IMG/VR virus record: IMGVR_UViG_3300028788_000011 | Span: 3,449 to 67,448 of that record | Length of the DNA stretch: 64,000 nt | Origin: a virus | Taxonomy: Duplodnaviria > Caudoviricetes | Strand: one strand, 5' to 3' | In this document: piece after piece, positions 61,111 through 64,000 of the stretch | Layout: every line of letters begins with the position of its first letter | Position numbering within the stretch: the stretch's first letter is position 1 | The notes under the pieces: model-generated | Databases searched by the model: none | What the model was told of the DNA's origin: nothing | The model's input: the letters and a program-made list of their open reading frames with translations, nothing else | Made by a program: the position numbers and the translations under genes

Positions 61111-64000
61111 GTCCTGTTTCTCGACATTGCGTTGATTGACGTATGCCGCCACGCCAGTATCGTCAAGCCCGTCCATCGAAGAAGTCATCAAATCACGTAA
61201 CCCATACTTTTTGACCAACCTGTCGCGTGCGACGCGCTCGGCCGGATGGTCATTGATCAAGTCCGTCAACTCGACATCGTTGAGTTGACCGGTTCTGAAG
61301 ATACGGCCGTTGCGCTGGGCATGAACCATAGCAGTATTCGGCACATCCATTTGCACCATCCACTGCCCACGCTGGATGTTCATCCCCGTCGCCCCGGCAT
61401 CGCTGGCAACCATGATGTCAGCCGACGCGTCCCCGGTCTCAGGATTGAACGCCAATCGCTTTTTCTCTTTCTCCACCGCCGAGTCGGCGCCGGTAAGCGA
61501 CACCACGCGATGTCCTTCTTTCTCCAGCCGCGCCGTGATTGCCTTGACGGCATCGATCGAGTGCGCGAATACCACGCCAGGCTTGCCCTTGCGGTCGCCG
61601 GCCATCTTCGAGATGTGGTCGACCTTGGAGTTATCGGCGTGCGTGTTGAAAATTCGCTGCTGTGCCGACTGCTTGAGGATGCCGATGTTTGCCTGCAGGT
61701 CTTTGGCGATCGCCTCGTGTTGGTCTTCCGGCACGCCGGCGAACGACTGCGGCGAGATCGCGCGGATCGCAGCGACATCGACGCGCCCAGCCATGCGCGC
61801 CAAGCGGGCGTCACTGAAATGCTTGTCCATTTCGGCCATCGCGAGTTTTTGTCCACCTGACATTGGCACGGTCTCGGTTTTCCGGTCGGCGCCGACATCA
61901 GGGTCAATTTTTGACGGGTAGACATATCGCGCCATCTCGCGCTTGAGTGCGTCCTTGCTGGCGAGCGTATCGGCACCGTACCGGCGCATGAAGGCGGCGC
62001 GGTCGCTGTAGCGGTCTGGGTCCATCTTGCTCATGAGGTCGAAGACTTCGCTGGCATCATTTTTCACAGGATCCCCGCTCGCGTGTAGCAGATACGGCGT
62101 GTTATCGCCAAGCGCATCGGCGACATTGGCGAGTTCGCTGTTTGACTTCCCGGCCCGGTTGAGAGTATTCTGCGACTCGTCGACGGTGAGATAATCAAAA
62201 TCGATACCTTCCTTGTCCATTACTGACTTCATCCAAACTTTTCGCCCAGTCCGCGTCATCGCGTTCAGCCGCGCCGCCATCTCGCCGTCGGAGACGCCGG
62301 CATGGGCAGCGCCGAGGTGCGCCATGTCATCGCGGAACGACTGGTGCGTCATCACACAAAAGTCATGTCGCGGATTCTTGTAGGCGGCGATGCGTTCGGC
62401 CCGGTTTGCACCAGGCTGGCAGTGGAGATTGTATTTCCCTGGTTCGAGATACCGCAGCGCCTCGCCATTGAATTGCCCTTGCACGATCGAAGGCACAAGC
62501 GCCAGCCCGCGCTTGGCTTTTCCTTGTTCCTTGAGATTGGTGAACGAAGACAACTGCAACAGCGACTTGCCGGACCCTGTGCCGAAGGCAGCCACCACCC
62601 GCTTATTGGCATCAACCAGCTTGACAAGCCGCTGCCTGGCCGCGTTCTTGCCACCACTCATCGACGGCGCCCAAATCTTGGTCGGCTGCCCAGGCTTGAA
62701 ATTCTGCCCGACCTTATCCATCATGGCCGCGACTTGGCGCTCTGCCGCGTGCCCAAGAGAATGCCGCTCATCGGCGGCGACAGCGACCTCTTTAGCCTCA
62801 TCTGGCGGACTGTCGTCGGCAAAGAACCCCATCTGTGACTGCTCGAATGCGTGTTGTTGCTCGCGCGCGGCATCGATTTTGTCGCTCACAGACCCAGCCG
62901 CGTACTTGCCGCCGCTGCGCTCGCGCAAGCTGTCAGTCAGCGCCCGCTCTTGCGCCATGCGCGCCTCACGCGCTACGGGGTCGACCGCATCCAAGTGGTT
63001 GAGGTTGTTGCGGATAACCGAGCGCCCGAGCCGGATCGGCTTATCGGGGTTGAGTTTGTTATAGGTTTCCGCGAACGCCTTACCGACTTTCGATCGAATC
63101 AGGTCCTGGACCGCTGCGTAGGCGTTCTCGTTGCCGTGCATGGCATCGACATATTTCGACCAGTTCAGGCTCGACGACTTGATCTTGCCCGCCATCTCGT
63201 CACGGCGCGCGCGCCAGTCACTGTGCTCGGGGTTGTCGGTCTCTTCACCGAACATGTCGGTCACCGTGCGCTCCGGTTCGGCTGCACCGTGTTTTTCGAA
63301 GTCTGCGCGCAACTCAGCGGCATCAGCATCCTCATGCGCGACATTGGCGTGAAAGAATTCGCGGATAGCACGCTGATCCTGGTCGGTGAGTTCGCCGATC
63401 GGCTTATAGGCAGCAGTTCCCTCTGGCGTAGCGGCCAGAGCCCGGTGCAGCGCGTCGACGGACTTTTGATCGACATCGAATTTCTGCCGGTTCAGCGTCG
63501 ACCGCGTGTTCCCGTACCGCTTCGATACGAACGCGTCTGCGTATTCGTCAAATTTCGGTGCCAGCGTCTCCGCGCGCAGCCGGCCGTCGCCAAGCGGCGC
63601 CACGGCGTCGAGCGCGGCCCGATACCCGGCGTTGTCGCCAGACTTCTGGAAGAACGCCTGAGACTGGATATCGGCGATGATGTCGGCAGCGGGGTCGCCG
63701 TCGGCGGCACGACCACCGATATAGTCTCGAAGCGATTGCTGCAGGTCCGCGCCCGGGGTAAAAGGTTCTGCCAGCGACGGCGATGCCCCTGGTTTGACAT
63801 CCATTACCAGATCTGGACGATTGGCCACGCCCAGGGGCAGCCAGCCGTCCTCATCCTCGTCGCCACGGATAATTGCGATGTTGCGCCGGACCTGCGCGAC
63901 ATCAGCGGCATTGACCGGTTTGGACAGGCGATCAAGACCAGCGCCGTTGATAGTCAGGAACTTGTCGCCAGCGACCTCATCCAGCGTGTAGTCGCCGCGT
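61090..64000 (-). CDS. Large SNF2-like helicase-domain protein (5' part outside the window)
   Basis: Frame open from 63828 to the edge; FGTGSGKS, LTVDESQ, ASGDP, ASDAGATGMNIQ, QRNGRIFRTGQ. Confidence 0.85.
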   Translation of the reverse strand, partial: RGDYTLDEVAGDKFLTINGAGLDRLSKPVNAADVAQVRRNIAIIRGDEDEDGWLPLGVANRPDLVMDVKPGASPSLAEPFTPGADLQQSLRDYIGGRAADGDPAADIIADIQSQAFFQKSGDNAGYRAALDAVAPLGDGRLRAETLAPKFDEYADAFVSKRYGNTRSTLNRQKFDVDQKSVDALHRALAATPEGTAAYKPIGELTDQDQRAIREFFHANVAHEDADAAELRADFEKHGAAEPERTVTDMFGEETDNPEHSDWRARRDEMAGKIKSSSLNWSKYVDAMHGNENAYAAVQDLIRSKVGKAFAETYNKLNPDKPIRLGRSVIRNNLNHLDAVDPVAREARMAQERALTDSLRERSGGKYAAGSVSDKIDAAREQQHAFEQSQMGFFADDSPPDEAKEVAVAADERHSLGHAAERQVAAMMDKVGQNFKPGQPTKIWAPSMSGGKNAARQRLVKLVDANKRVVAAFGTGSGKSLLQLSSFTNLKEQGKAKRGLALVPSIVQGQFNGEALRYLEPGKYNLHCQPGANRAERIAAYKNPRHDFCVMTHQSFRDDMAHLGAAHAGVSDGEMAARLNAMTRTGRKVWMKSVMDKEGIDFDYLTVDESQNTLNRAGKSNSELANVADALGDNTPYLLHASGDPVKNDASEVFDLMSKMDPDRYSDRAAFMRRYGADTLASKDALKREMARYVYPSKIDPDVGADRKTETVPMSGGQKLAMAEMDKHFSDARLARMAGRVDVAAIRAISPQSFAGVPEDQHEAIAKDLQANIGILKQSAQQRIFNTHADNSKVDHISKMAGDRKGKPGVVFAHSIDAVKAITARLEKEGHRVVSLTGADSAVEKEKKRLAFNPETGDASADIMVASDAGATGMNIQRGQWMVQMDVPNTAMVHAQRNGRIFRTGQLNDVELTDLINDHPAERVARDRLVKKYGLRDLMTSSMDGLDDTGVAAYVNQRNVEKQDLQNTLI

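Noticed and set aside
1-64000. Integrase, att site, CI repressor, tRNA, rRNA, portal, sigma factor
   Set aside because: None recognised in the window, so lifestyle (temperate, plasmid-like or lytic) cannot be assigned

Overview
The whole window is one tailed dsDNA phage or prophage genome segment with a contractile tail. The host is probably a betaproteobacterium (inferred from an Oxalobacteraceae-type small HTH gene). Both edges cut through genes: a lambda-gpA-type terminase at the left edge and a very large SNF2-like protein at the right edge. Layout: leftward packaging and accessory genes (1-8161); an AT-rich origin/control region (8162-8921); a rightward early operon with a TnpB and a methylase (8922-13874); a leftward replication block with primase-helicase, Dam-like MTase, VRR-NUC, PAPS-reductase family, SSB, intein-containing helicase and Cro-like gene (13949-23179); a rightward recombination operon with an RHH-TnpB IS200/IS605 element (23306-30987); and leftward lysis, fibre, baseplate, tail and head genes (30945-64000). 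No integrase, CI-type repressor, portal, tRNA or CRISPR array was recognised. Main oddities: (1) a complete HNH endonuclease gene nested antisense inside an uninterrupted DNA-methyltransferase ORF; (2) two tail-fibre-like proteins with Sec signal peptides next to an outer-membrane beta-barrel gene; (3) a recurring promoter-like motif NNCGTGAY-N2-[-10 hexamer], five copies of which sit 6-7 nt from an ATG (leaderless late mRNAs); (4) three IS200/IS605-derived elements: an RHH+TnpB element inserted between an RBS and its ATG, a TnpB lacking the RuvC glutamate, and a 47-bp LE/RE fusion; (5) a candidate +1 frameshift in the tail chaperone genes. All family assignments come from motif recognition by eye, not from database searches.
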